Source: Craspedostauros australis
Taxonomy: Eukaryota
Direction of reading: 5' to 3'
Assembly (NCBI GenBank): GCA_030167865.1
Contig: JALAGF010005749.1
Coordinates: 1 to 44,367, forward strand
DNA length: 44,367 bases
The notes below the pieces were generated by a model. The model did no database searches. It was not told where the DNA came from and saw only the letters and a list, made by a program, of their open reading frames with translations. Below are positions 11,776-23,500 of this stretch, piece after piece (positions within the stretch are counted from its first letter, which is position 1; the number at the start of each line of letters is the position of its first letter). A program made the translations under genes and the position numbers.

Positions 11776-12556
11776 TTGTTGTGGTTGTTGGTGCATGATC
11801 CCATCTCTTTCTTTGGTTGCATTCAAAGATAGAGAGAGGATGATCCAACTTGCTGCATTCTGTTCTTGGGAGTGTTGTCAAGAAGCAGCAATCCAGAGTG
11901 GCCACAACATGTGCAGGTCTATATGGGAGTCCCGAGAAACAATTCAAAACAGGATCAACGGCTGGGTCTCGTTTTCATTCACGATCGATGTATTTTCTGT
12001 TTTGAACCAAAACGGGAAAATGAAAACAGCAAAGGAGGAAACTTGTTTCTGGAACGTGAATAGAGGTGATTCTGCCGTTTTCACTCATTTGGGAGAAACT
12101 GTGCTCATAAGTTACAAAATAAAGCACAAAAAGTAGAACTGCACGAAAATGCCCAACAAAGAACAAGACGTCGTTTCAATGTCATGAAGGGATACGCTAA
12201 GTCCACACACTTCGACCTTTCCGATCGAGAATGAAGTCGTACTCGTCATTGATAGAACCCCCAGACGCCATGGAGTGCCATGCCTATTCGTATGCAGTTG
12301 TCGTAAAGCTACTATAGGGGAGAATTGAGTTGAACACCCTTCCCTTCATTGGGGAGACAACCCACAGTTGATTTTCCCAACTTCAACGTCTCCATACCGA
12401 GTATTGCAGTCAAGCGTGATGTCGATGAGCTCATGCAGCATGCTGATTCAAATGCTGCACAAGCTACTCTTTCAGTCCTTGTCGCCACACACCAGCTAGT
12501 TTTATCGTTGTGTGCTTTTGTTTTTCTTCTTTGCCGTCACTGTGGCAGAGCGAAGC

Positions 12557-13741
12557 TCAAGACTTCGTCGTCTCCTCAGCCACCACCGCTCGGCAATACT
12601 CGATGTTCCTGTGGTAGCTCTTTTCAAACGATCGCAGTGCAGGATCCAACCTTGGTGGGACGAATGCGTGTGCTTTATCTTGGTCCTCGGGTCGCTTGTA
12701 GAATTTGCCCATGAAGTCGTCAACGCTGACATTCTCGGGCCAGCCAAAGAGTCCTTGGACAACCTTGAAGTCGTTGGCAACGCTCCCTTCATCGGCAAAG
12801 AAATTCATGCACCCAAGCGTTCGATCCGAGTAGGCACTGAGCTGCGCGTACATGATGTCCAGCAAACTCGTGTATCCGTGAATGGCATCCAAGACGGACG
12901 GCTGGAATTTCCGTTTCACCGTCGTGGAGTACAACACTTCTCTGGGATCGCGGTACAGGTAGACATGATTGCATTCAACCCCAGCAGCGCCGCATGCATC
13001 GTAGAAGAGGTCGATATTGGGATACATGAGATTCTGGCAGAAATTGCCTCCATAGTTTGGGTATGACATCTCGCCCACAAATCGAACTCCCCAAGTGTTG
13101 ATCGGTATGTTCAACATTGTGTCATCTGGTGCGGATTGCCCTTTGCGCACGATCTCCTGCAGCTTGGCAACGATGCTTTGTCGATTTTGGGCCAAGTCGA
13201 CGTTTTCGTTCATGTTCACCTCCTTCCCTTCCAGAGAGCGCATGCCCTTCAGGCACATACTGCTGAACAACCCAATTCGCCTCTGCTTTTCGTTGAAGAA
13301 GAGCAGCGAAAGCTCTTCAGTGTCCGCAGGATGAACCCGGATGTTTCTGAGCACCTGCGTCGTGGGTGATTGTCGAACGACCTTCGAGAGCAGATGATGA
13401 CCTGTCCCTTCCAATCCCATGACGAAGACGAATCGAATTCTCTTGAATCCCGCTGCAGCTGCAGCTGATGGTGATTCTCCATTCCCACGCCTATGGCTCG
13501 ACTCAGCCCCTTGATGCAACTGCCGGCTGCGCCCGTCCACGCCATCGAGAACGGTTGGCTGCATGGCTTGTGTGTGCTTATCATCCTGCAGCGCTGCAGT
13601 GGCACATTCGTTGCCTCCATACATGAGCAGACCGACGTTCATGCCCAGGGTGAAGCTTGTGGCTACGATGGCGACCCACACCCGGAAGCCCCTTGCCTTT
13701 GGCGTTCTCTGTCCCATCGCGTTGGTCATCGTGGCGAGCAT
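12557..13741 (-). CDS. Type II membrane P-loop sulfotransferase-like protein
   Basis: N-terminal hydrophobic anchor (VWVAIVATSFTLGMNVGLLMY), a 5'-PSB-like FVMGLEGTGHHLL and a 3'-PB-like VYLYRDPREVLYS. Uninterrupted ORF; first ATG at 13741. Confidence 0.7.
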   Translation of the reverse strand: MLATMTNAMGQRTPKARGFRVWVAIVATSFTLGMNVGLLMYGGNECATAALQDDKHTQAMQPTVLDGVDGRSRQLHQGAESSHRRGNGESPSAAAAAGFKRIRFVFVMGLEGTGHHLLSKVVRQSPTTQVLRNIRVHPADTEELSLLFFNEKQRRIGLFSSMCLKGMRSLEGKEVNMNENVDLAQNRQSIVAKLQEIVRKGQSAPDDTMLNIPINTWGVRFVGEMSYPNYGGNFCQNLMYPNIDLFYDACGAAGVECNHVYLYRDPREVLYSTTVKRKFQPSVLDAIHGYTSLLDIMYAQLSAYSDRTLGCMNFFADEGSVANDFKVVQGLFGWPENVSVDDFMGKFYKRPEDQDKAHAFVPPRLDPALRSFEKSYHRNIEYCRAVVAEETTKS

Positions 13742-14101
13742 AACTCTCGCAACTGCGAACTCTTGTGGGATGAAGAACAGCACGTCGATTCACTCTGTGC
13801 GCGGACTGGCAGGTGAATCCAAGTTCCTGATGATGCTGTCTTCCGTTTTGATGAACAAAGTATGGTAGTGGTGATGGTGGTGTAAGCATCGTCGGCGGTT
13901 GGGTGCGTATTCGTCCAATGCGATCGTTGTTCTCGAGGCGTGGCGCAGTGTTTGTTGTTGATTGTGTTGGCATTCGTACGCAGGACAGACGTCCGCAGCC
14001 TCCGCCTCTGAAGAGCGACAACGCAGACAGTCTCCTCCCATGAATCCATCATTAGCACACACACACGCATCCTCCCGTAGTAGTACAGACACTGACAGAT
14101 T

Positions 14102-15717
14102 CAGCAAATTTACTCACCAGGTCGTTTTGGTGCCTGACCAATCACAATGGCCGGACCGTTGACAGGCGCGTCCTTGCGACAACGACGAAACTACTAATTT
14201 AGCCGCGAAATACACACGTCAACTGTTTCCCAGTAGAGTAGAGTAGAGTAGAGTAGAGTAGAGTAGAGTAGAGTAGAGTAGAGTAGAGTAGACAAGTGTA
14301 TAATGTTGGTGATGAATCCTGTTCTGTGGAATACGAGTAGAGGGTTAAACCAACTATATTGCATACTGACATCAGCCATTGGCATGTACCTGCTTTGTGA
14401 TGGTCCAGACCCAACTGCGAGGAGTTTCAGATTGCATGTGGTCCAATCCTGCAATACCGTTCAGTCACTGTGTGTACTGTGCATACAAAAGGTCAAGCAT
14501 ATTTCATGATACCAACCGCACCGCTCCAAGCACACTCCAAACAGTACGGCCATGGAGCCTGCAGTGTTCGATCTATCTGGAAGGGATCGAAATCTACGGA
14601 TGCTGATATCACACAGTACTGCGTTGGACGCGACTGCACGGTACGCATTGCCTTGTGCAGTATTGTGTATATCGATGCATTGCACAGGCCGTTTTCAGAG
14701 ATCCAATCAACTGGACAACTCCAAGCGCACTCCAAAGAGTACGATCACCGAGTTTGAAGTCCTAGATCCGTTTAGAAGGGATCCAATTCTACGGATGCTG
14801 ATACCAAGTAGTACGGAATGGTACGCATCGCGCTGTACAGCATTCTGAGCATGTATGCAGACAAAATGTCAACCATATTCCAATCCAACACTTCGATGAC
14901 TCCAAACCTCCTCCAAAGGTTACGGATATAGAGGTTGAAGTGATAGATCCATGTGGAAAGGGTCGAAATCTACGGATCAGGATGCCATGTGATGCTGTGA
15001 GGGCGGTACTGTGAGCTACGCATCAAACTGCACAGTAACTTGCCCATCTGTGCATATAAAATGTCAGTCTCGATCCAATCCAACACTACCACCACTCCAA
15101 GCACACTCCAAAGGTTACGGCTATGGAGTTTAAGGTCTTGGATCCGTCAGAAAGGGGTATTGGCATGCGCGCAGATGAGCCCTATGTAACGACGCCAGTC
15201 ATTTCCATTCGATATCTGCATCCGTAGATTTCGATCCTTTCCAACCTGATTCTAGACTTCAAACTCCATAGCCGTACTCTTTGGAGTGTGCTTGGAGTGG
15301 TGGGGTTGTAATAATCAAGTCTGCTTGACCTTTTGTATGAACATATGACCAACACAGTACACACAGTGACCGAAGGGCATCACAGGAACTGACTTCATGT
15401 GATCTGAATCTTCTTCCAGTTGGATGTAGAACGTTCCAAGGTAGATACATGCCAATGGTTGATGTCAGTATGCAATCGATAATAGCTGGTTCGACCCTCT
15501 GCTCAACAGGATTCATCAACAACATCATGAACTAGGGTACTCTACGCTGTCCAACAGGGAAATAGTTGATGTGTTGGCTCCGTGGCTAAATTATTATTTT
15601 CGAGTCTGTTGCAGTGATACGCCGGCCATTTCATTGATCCAATCATCGTACCAGACACCAAAACGACCTGGCTAGTGAACTTTGGCCTCAAAAACGATCT
15701 GGTTAGTGAATTTGCTC
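14102..15717. mobile_element. Non-autonomous foldback/MULE-like element with ~500-bp imperfect TIRs and internal ~190-bp tandem repeats
   Basis: Left end CAGCAAATTTACTCACCAGGTCGTTTT vs right end (reverse complement) GAGCAAATTCACTAACCAGATCGTTTT. Similarity continues through ATTGCATACTGACATCA.CCATTGGCATGTA and CATACAAAAGGTCAAGCA to GATCGAAATCTACGGATGC. The CTCCAAGCACACTCCAAA unit occurs at ~14524, 14719, 14900 and 15095, and inverted at ~15298. Confidence 0.8.
14232..14292. repeat. (AGTAG)n microsatellite inside the left TIR
   Basis: About 12 tandem units. Confidence 0.95.
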
Positions 15718-15919
15718 GTTGTTGATTGGAGCGAGTCGTGGATACTCTATGTTGGTGGGATTGTCAAGTCGCAAGTGCCATGATTGCAGCCAACTTGCGC
15801 CACACCACAGCTCCGGCGTGTGGATCGTAATCCTCATGTCCACCACAGCACAGCAGGAAGGACTCCCGCTCTACCTGCACGTCTTTGTGCCAACCTCTGA
15901 CCGCACATGCATCCCTGGC

Positions 15920-17035
15920 TCATGCGATGCTTGGATTGGCGATGCACAATTGATCCCATGCCTTGTTGACGTCGGCCTTTTCAACGTAGAGAGGCATCGC
16001 AACCCAAGTATCGGCGAAGCACTTGTCTGGCATCGGCCCTCGGTATGCGAATGTTCTGTTCCAAATTTGCACGCGGTGCTTCGTCTTGGAAGAAGTTCCT
16101 GTCTTGCTGTGCCATTGCCAATCACCCAGTTGCTTGGGCGTCTCATTCACGGGCTGATCCCACGCAATTTCATGCTTTCCCTTCCACAGGATGTTATTCA
16201 AAATGACCTGGTCGTCGCAGTAGCATTTGCAATCGACCTGCTTGAGGCAGTTGCATTGGTTCAGCAACGTCCCGGCGAACTGCCGAACCTTGGGACTTGC
16301 GCGGTACCAGCCCATGCCACCGCATACGGTGAATCCCATCTCAAAGAATACATCTTCGGGGTACGACGTGGAGTACGCGTGGATGACATCGAATTCCGAT
16401 TGCTCGAACTCTGACATGGGAACGTACGTCGCGAACACGTTGTCAACATCCGTCAGGAGGACATGCGAGCCATTCTTCAGAGTGTCCACGAGGTACTTCC
16501 ACCGACGACCGAACAGTTGCCTGCGATATCGTCTCTTGTCATCTTCCAGCGACACGCACGTGTCGTAGGGCGAACGCTCGAAGCGCTGTATCCCCTGACT
16601 CCGAAAGTGAGACGCTGCTCCATCATCGGTTGCGACAATCACGTGTTCGTCGTAACCGAGCTTCGTCAAGCGATGATACCAACGAACGGCATGCTCCTTG
16701 TAGTTGACGTCCGCAAAACCCAGAATCTTCGTGCGATGTGCGAGCGGCTCTGTGTTCGAATCCGTGAGATCGATGGCATGACCATCCCGCTGAGCATTGG
16801 ACCCGTGCGTCGATGGGGTTTTGGCATTTGCAATCACATTCACATCCATATTTCCATGCATGGTGTCATCCATTGCTGTACGCGCCGCCGTGGATACATC
16901 CGCATCTGGCATCGGAAGGACTGCGTCGGCCGTTTCTTCATTCGAAGGCTGACGAAGAGAGAAAATGATCGACCCCACGCTGATGGCAACCGCCGCCAGA
17001 AGGAGGAAGACCAGCGGCCGTTGTCTCGATGTCAT
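15920..17035 (-). CDS. Nucleotide-diphospho-sugar transferase (Nucleotid_trans/GT77-like), type II membrane protein
   Basis: Signal anchor LVFLLLAAVAISVGSIIFSL, VIVATDD, DxD motif VLLTDVDNVF, CGGMGWYRAS and DDQVILN. Likely ATG at 17035 (371 aa). Confidence 0.85.
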   Translation of the reverse strand: MTSRQRPLVFLLLAAVAISVGSIIFSLRQPSNEETADAVLPMPDADVSTAARTAMDDTMHGNMDVNVIANAKTPSTHGSNAQRDGHAIDLTDSNTEPLAHRTKILGFADVNYKEHAVRWYHRLTKLGYDEHVIVATDDGAASHFRSQGIQRFERSPYDTCVSLEDDKRRYRRQLFGRRWKYLVDTLKNGSHVLLTDVDNVFATYVPMSEFEQSEFDVIHAYSTSYPEDVFFEMGFTVCGGMGWYRASPKVRQFAGTLLNQCNCLKQVDCKCYCDDQVILNNILWKGKHEIAWDQPVNETPKQLGDWQWHSKTGTSSKTKHRVQIWNRTFAYRGPMPDKCFADTWVAMPLYVEKADVNKAWDQLCIANPSIA

Positions 17036-18024
17036 CTTGTTCCACCAGCGTCTTCGCCAGTGTCGTCGAAGCTCATTGGTTCCATCCAAGGGTGGCGTGT
17101 TGAGTCGGTGGTGGTGATGATCGGGTCGGGTCGGAATGTGTGATGTCTCTGCGCTTGACAGTTGTGTGTGAGAGTGTCGGTCACAATGCTTGATGGAGGC
17201 AGAGGAAAAAACATGTTGTGTGACGGAAACGGGATCCAGAGATGCGTGAGTGGAATGGGCGGTCCGCGTACAGACGTCCAAGCCAGGAGGAACAGGTGTT
17301 CGCATCAAGGACATCACAAGACACGAAGTTGTGCGGTATCTTCTTTCAGAGAAGAAAGGAAGATTTTCCGAACTTCGCAGACTTCCTTGCGCTGATGGCC
17401 TTGTTCTTCGTCACTGTCCTCTTCTCCTGTTGCGCAAAGTTCCATGGCCTCCTCTTGGGCAGCGCCGCGTGCACTCGCGGCACGTATCTGCGCGTTTGTG
17501 TTGTGTCGATGGTGGTGCCTGTGCGTGCGACGACGATCTCTGTGGTGGTGGTTGTTCTGTGACAACAGTTCGCATCTTTGGGCAAGCAAAACAGATCGCA
17601 ACACAACACAAAACGACACAGACGAAAGAAGAGAACGCATCGCACAGCACACGCTTGCGCCATACCAATACGCACGAACCAGATCCAAAGAGAAAGGATC
17701 GACGGAAGTTCGCGTTGTCACACAGAATCGAGAGCTGAAGAGGTTGACTGAGAAGTGAACAAAACGGAAAGATGACAGTTGCTGGTACGTTCGTCCTGCT
17801 CGTTGGCGGCGTTTCATTTTGGCGCAAGGATCCAGCGGCGACAACGATGGCGACGACGATGGCGATGCTGGTGCCGGTGTGCTGCTTGGGGGATGTTTGG
17901 CTGCGACCGCCAGCAGTGTTTTCGTTGATACCTGCCGTGGATGCCTTCGACTGTCACTCCTTGGTTGTCGTTTCTTTTTTCATCTCACGCAGCAGCATGA
18001 TAGACCGACACATCACGAGATGGT

Positions 18025-18474
18025 GTGCTGCACCATCTGGCTGCTGAATCTCACACTCGTCACTGTTCGTCTCACTGTCGCTGTCACTATCATGTACCTG
18101 TATCTGCCTCTGCATCTGCGCTGGCAGGAGTTGTTTCCCGAGACGAGTGCTTGCACTTGAATGATATCCTTGGCGTCAAGACCCTCGCGGCTTGCCACAA
18201 TCTCAAGCACGAGATGCCGGACCGAGATGACCGCTTCACGACTTCTCAGGACTCGCCATTCCAGCAGGATGAAACGAAGCACCGTTCCAGCTGGCTCATG
18301 CCCCGCTTCGCGCGTCGCATGACGAAGCACAGCAAGCACCACGTGTCCCAATGGCGAACGGAGGTCACCGTCGACGATTCCGAGTGCGCCAACCTCCGCA
18401 AGTTGCTGACTGAGCGCATGGGATCCGCCATGGATGCCAATGACCATCTCCCGGCGGTGTGCAAGAAATTGTAA
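18025..18474 (+). CDS. Possible small hypothetical protein or terminal exon
   Basis: Open frame with coding-like codon usage in its 3' part; no recognisable motif. Confidence 0.3.
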   Translation: MLHHLAAESHTRHCSSHCRCHYHVPVSASASALAGVVSRDECLHLNDILGVKTLAACHNLKHEMPDRDDRFTTSQDSPFQQDETKHRSSWLMPRFARRMTKHSKHHVSQWRTEVTVDDSECANLRKLLTERMGSAMDANDHLPAVCKKL

Positions 18475-19060
18475 AGGTGATACGAACGCCTCCGCGTGCT
18501 TGACGGTATTATGCGTGCTGCCACTGCGGTTGATACTCTTGACGGTTCTGATCATCATCATCGACGTACTAGTATGGTGGACTACATTGCATTGCACTTC
18601 GTGCAACAGCGCCATTCGAGCTACATACATTCCACGTCGGGTGTTAGCTCGAGGAACGGCATCCGGAATTCCATCAGCGGTAATGGAGAGGAGTATTTAG
18701 GTCCTCCAAACAGCACAAAGTAATAATAAGCCGTCCATCGAAAGATGCCAACAAACTGTTCCTGCAATTACTCTAGCTCGTATCCAATTGCGCCCGCAGA
18801 GTAGTGCTCGTGCCTTCTTGGCTGGTTGGGTTCATCGTGGCCTCCAAACGAGCAGCGTGTTGGCAGATCTGGTGTTGTATCGATCGTACCAGTAGCGGCG
18901 CCTCGCTGCCAAAACAGAGGCAGCAACCGAACGACACTCTCGCACATGCTAACAACGCCCACAACCCCTCTCTGCATCGGGTGAGAACCATCTACTCTGC
19001 CATACAGCAATCTATTATGCGACACTTGCCTCAACTTGACATGATGAATCAAAATCCGGT

Positions 19061-20563
19061 TTATGATTTGCCGTTCGATTTTGCCTCGTAATAACGTTCC
19101 AGAAGCAGGTGATGCGACCGCACTTTCTCCCCAACCTTTTTCAGCTTCTCATTGACAACCGCCTCGAGCATCATCTCCATGATGGGGAACGCAACGGCGA
19201 TGAAGATCGCAATGAATGCTTCCAGACCAATGACGATGGCGTAGTTCCAAAACTTGCCGCGGAACCAAAGTGCAGCAAGGAAGGCGAAGATGCAAATCCC
19301 AATCAGCAGCGGCTTCGACGGTTCCAACGCTCCGGATGAGTTGTATGCGAACATGCCAATGACCATGCTTTCGCCCACGAGGTAGTAAAACCAACGACCC
19401 TGTGCCGAATACATTATGCAGATGCCAGCACCGAGCACGAACGGTGATGAGAAGTCCGCCAGGCTGAGAGCGGGCGATCCCGAAGGCGTCGTTGCTGAGT
19501 ATATCCGAAATGCGATGAAGCAAAGAAAGCCGAGCGCTGGTATCACTGTCCATATGTACCGCACAACGACCACCGAGACGACGGCCATCATGACTGCGAG
19601 GATGGGATACGTATGATGTTCATGTTTGATGATGTTTGATGAAGGCAAGTTGTGAGTATGTGCAAAACATGGCAGGGAAGTGCATGCATGATGGTTGCGC
19701 TGGTGGTTGTCCCAGGACTTTCGTTGCTGACGAGCAGAGGGTATCAACCGGCTATTGCAACATAAATGAGATGCAACCCGAGAGCCCAGCGGCCACGCTC
19801 TGGGGTTTCCGGTGAGGATGGCTCCAAAGAACCGCATCAGACACGAATGGTCGCGCCTGCAACTCACCTGTCCGGAGTCCAATTTGAAGCACACCCGTCA
19901 ACGCCAATGACGCGATCTCGTGAATGATGCCCTGGTTGGCGGGTTGCTCTTCGTCATCATTCGCGTCGTCCAGCTTGTGATCTTCGTCATCGTCCAAATC
20001 CAATCCCAACACATCGTATTGCTGACGCAGCTTGGGATTCGACAGCACCTTCTTCGCGCGTCCAAGCACCTTGAACGTCTCCCCATCACCGCCGGGCTTG
20101 TCGGGATGATGCTGCGTGGTGAATGGAGTGAAATCGAATCGAATAGACCACAGTGCGGCATCGAAGAGTTGTGGAATGAGACGAAAAAGAAAAATGTGTT
20201 TGGTGAGAAATTGTCGAACCAATGACGACGAGATAGCGCTCGAAGATGTGAGAAAATGAGGCGAGAAAGGGCAGACGTTGCAGGGTCGGATGGTCTGAAC
20301 ATGGCTGAATCAGCATGGCCCAATTGAACATTGTATTCAATTCCACAGCTTCTGTGCCATTCCTGCAGCATCGGTTTCGCATGGCATATATCTTGCAGGG
20401 AGTATGTAGGTACCTTCAATGACAGCTTGCGGTATGCTTTCTTCACTGCATCCTCGTCCACTTCGCTCGCTTTGTGGATGCCCAGATAGTCGTAGTAACC
20501 ATCGGGGGCCAGCATTTCGATCATCGCCGCCGTCGGCGGGGTAGACGAGGAGGAAGACGACAT
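19061..20563 (-). CDS. J-domain (DnaJ) protein with multiple C-terminal transmembrane helices; 3 exons (20563-20414, 20111-19868, 19593-19061)
   Basis: YYDYLGI..VKKAYRKLSLK|HHPDK..FKVLGRAKKVLSNPKLRQQYD. GT-AG introns join the exons in frame. The last exon has several hydrophobic segments. Confidence 0.88.
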
Positions 20564-23500
20564 TTTCTTGGATGGTCGTCTAGCTTGTATTGACTATAGT
20601 AGCGTCTAGCGTTTGTGGAGAGAATGGGTGTGGAGTACGAGTACTTGTGCGAGTTGGTATGTATGTATGTACTTATGGTACTGGTTGAGCAACTGGAACT
20701 TGACTGTTCCAGGTGTTGCAATGCGATGCGACGCGATGGCTGATTTGGATGCTCGAATAAGAAGGATAGTTCGTATCTGGTGCGGATACGGACGCTGTTG
20801 CAGGTGCTGTCTCCGCTGCGTCAATCGATGGTCTGTTGCGTCTCCTTGTTCGCCTGTCGCGTCACACTCGTATGTAAATGCCGGTGGATGTGTCGAGGGG
20901 GAGAGTGAGAGAGCCAAAGGTGTGGCAACACCGCTGCCATGCAGAATCGCCACCATCGCCATCGTCGCCATCGTCGTCATCGCCATCGTTCGTTGTCATG
21001 TCCAAGGAACAAACAGAGAGAGGGTTTGGAATGCCGTCTTTGGCGATTGGGCACAATCCAGGACCCAAAGACGCGATCGTGGCAGGTTGTTCTCCACACT
21101 GACGAAGTACGGACATGATCAACACAGGTGTTGACTGAAGTACTTTCATAGACGCTCGATCCAGTGCATCTACCCAAACTAAAATAGAAAGCATGGGTGG
21201 TTCTACAAAAGCGATGCAACAAACAAGCGACCACAAACTCCAACTACTATGATGATGACCACCTCTGTTTCTCTTCCACCCAGGGTGACGCTTGGTAGCG
21301 ACATTGCTTGGAGCAAGATCATCATCCCTGGTGATGAGTTCCAGACAAGACACAGGCAGCCCGCACACGCAGCTTGAAAGTATCGATCCCTGTACCGTAT
21401 CCCTGTGGGAAGAAGCAGGACAGATTGGTAGAGAGAACATGGCCATGGACATCCTCGCTTGGTGATGTGAAGAGACGAAGGTTGTTTTCCATCTCTTTGC
21501 ACGTGCGTGTTCCCGCAGAGTGGAAACAAGAGTGGTTCATGACGGCCCCTTGGGAGGACCACTGGATGACGAATGAAGGCGGTCAAGAGTTTCATAGAGA
21601 AGGCAGAGAGAGAGAGAGAGAGAGAGAGTCGACGTTTCTGGCTTCTGTGCTTTGTTCCGCGTCTGAAGTGCTTCCCACTATCGACCAACAGTGCTCGGTC
21701 GTGCAATCCTCCCATCCCTACGAGCTACCCTCAGAGTCGTCATGGTCGCTGTTCTGGTAGGGTGCCAGTATCTCCACCAGTCTTGCGAGGTCTCACGCGT
21801 ATTCTTGCTTCTCGCCAGATGGCCCCATTCTCTCGCTTGCATCCTCGCTGGACAACGAGGATGAGAAAGGAGCGAGGTTCACACGCAGCAACGTGGACAC
21901 CATCACGCGTACGCGTAAACGTACGATTAAAGCCACACCCAGAGCCCGCGTTTCCGTCGTCATTCCCGTTCCCGTTGTTGTTCCCGCGTATCGTTCACTT
22001 CAAGGGTCTCCTTCCTCAATACGTTGCGAGTAAGTGCGAACGATTCTTCTACTTGCCGGTTCAGTCCTGCTCCAACGCACCGTACCAGCACAGTTGCATG
22101 CATCTACAAATGCGTAACTCGTATGGTAGCTCGTAGAGTGCCGCCAGTGGGAGGGTAGAGGCCGGTTCATTCATTCGTCCGTTCGTTCCTTCATTCTCTT
22201 GCGTGTTCGTCTTTCGCTCTTCTGGATCACACGATCAATTCTTGAGGGTCTCACTGTGATCCTTGCTGGACCGTGTCATTTATCTACTCCCATGATGATG
22301 GTCGTTGAAGGGAGCGACATCTCTGGGATGATGGTGTCGTTTTGACTTGCAACGGTGACAAACACGGAATGCTTGGTCGATTGGAGCAGGAAGACGCAGA
22401 GTGCAGAACAGACGAGCTGAGCGGAGAATGAGGCCAGCACACAGACAGAGATTGTGCATGATGGTCACCAAATTGACCTGCCGTATTGTTTCATTTGATT
22501 TCATATGATTTGATTTGCCTGGGCGCGTTGGTACAACCGCAGAAATATATGGTCAGTGCTGTCCACTATGGGACAAAACATATGGGAAGACGAAATGCTC
22601 ACAGGCACGGGCATGTCTGTATAGTAGGCATCGAAGGATTTCGGAGGAATAGTTCCTGATGCATTGTCGAAGCCCATGCGTGAACGAATGGTAGTCTCTG
22701 ACAAACTGGATGGACGAGTTGTTGCGCTTGCACTGCTGGACGCCATGGGATATGCTACGAGCTAGCTCGTCAAGTAGCTTGTAGCTTGTACGACCATGGG
22801 TCTGGCAACAGAGAGAAGAGGAACTGTGCTCCATCTTGGTTGGGTCGAATCCACCCGAGCGTCCCTGGGCTGTTCCGCTTCCAATACTCTGACTCGTATC
22901 GTGTGGACGAGTTGTGATCCATTCCGTCTCGCAGAGTTGCGAGCAGGTCGTAAACCTATCTTGGTTCTCACGGACGAGCCCGAACGCAACAGCAGTCTCC
23001 ACCCTCGTCACGGAATCATCACGACAGGGTGGTGATGATGATGGTGGTAATGATGATGATGTTTGTGACAGTTTGTGCGCCTAATTGTAAGCTGCCCACA
23101 AAACAGGGGGTGCCATGCTTGGTACCTTTTGATACTCGCGCGTTGGATTGCAATGGCGTCGTCTCCATGCCACAAACCCCAATCTCGCAACGGTCTTCAC
23201 CAAACTCTTATTACGATCTTTCAGCCATCAGCGATTCAGCTCAGGCCCACAAGAGGTGTCTTGGTTCTTCCGGAGAGTGAACACGACCTCCTCCCCGACA
23301 AGCTGTTGGCTCCCTCCGACCCAGGAACGCCTCCATACTCCATGTTCGTGCCTCGCACGGCTTTCATCGCTGGGAGCAAAAGGACGAGCCGCGCGACAGA
23401 AAGGTTGGCCCAGGAAACATCGAGCTCCGCAAATGGATGTCTCTACCATTTTGTCACCGCTACCCAGCAGATGTCAAAGCAATTCCAGACGGGAGAGATC

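Noticed and set aside
11302..12136. Cys/Val-rich or QHNTT-repeat proteins
   Set aside because: These ORFs are translations of the (TGTTG)n microsatellite.
14480..15300. CRISPR-like array
   Set aside because: The whole ~190-bp units are homologous rather than repeat plus unique spacer, the context is eukaryotic, and there are no cas genes.
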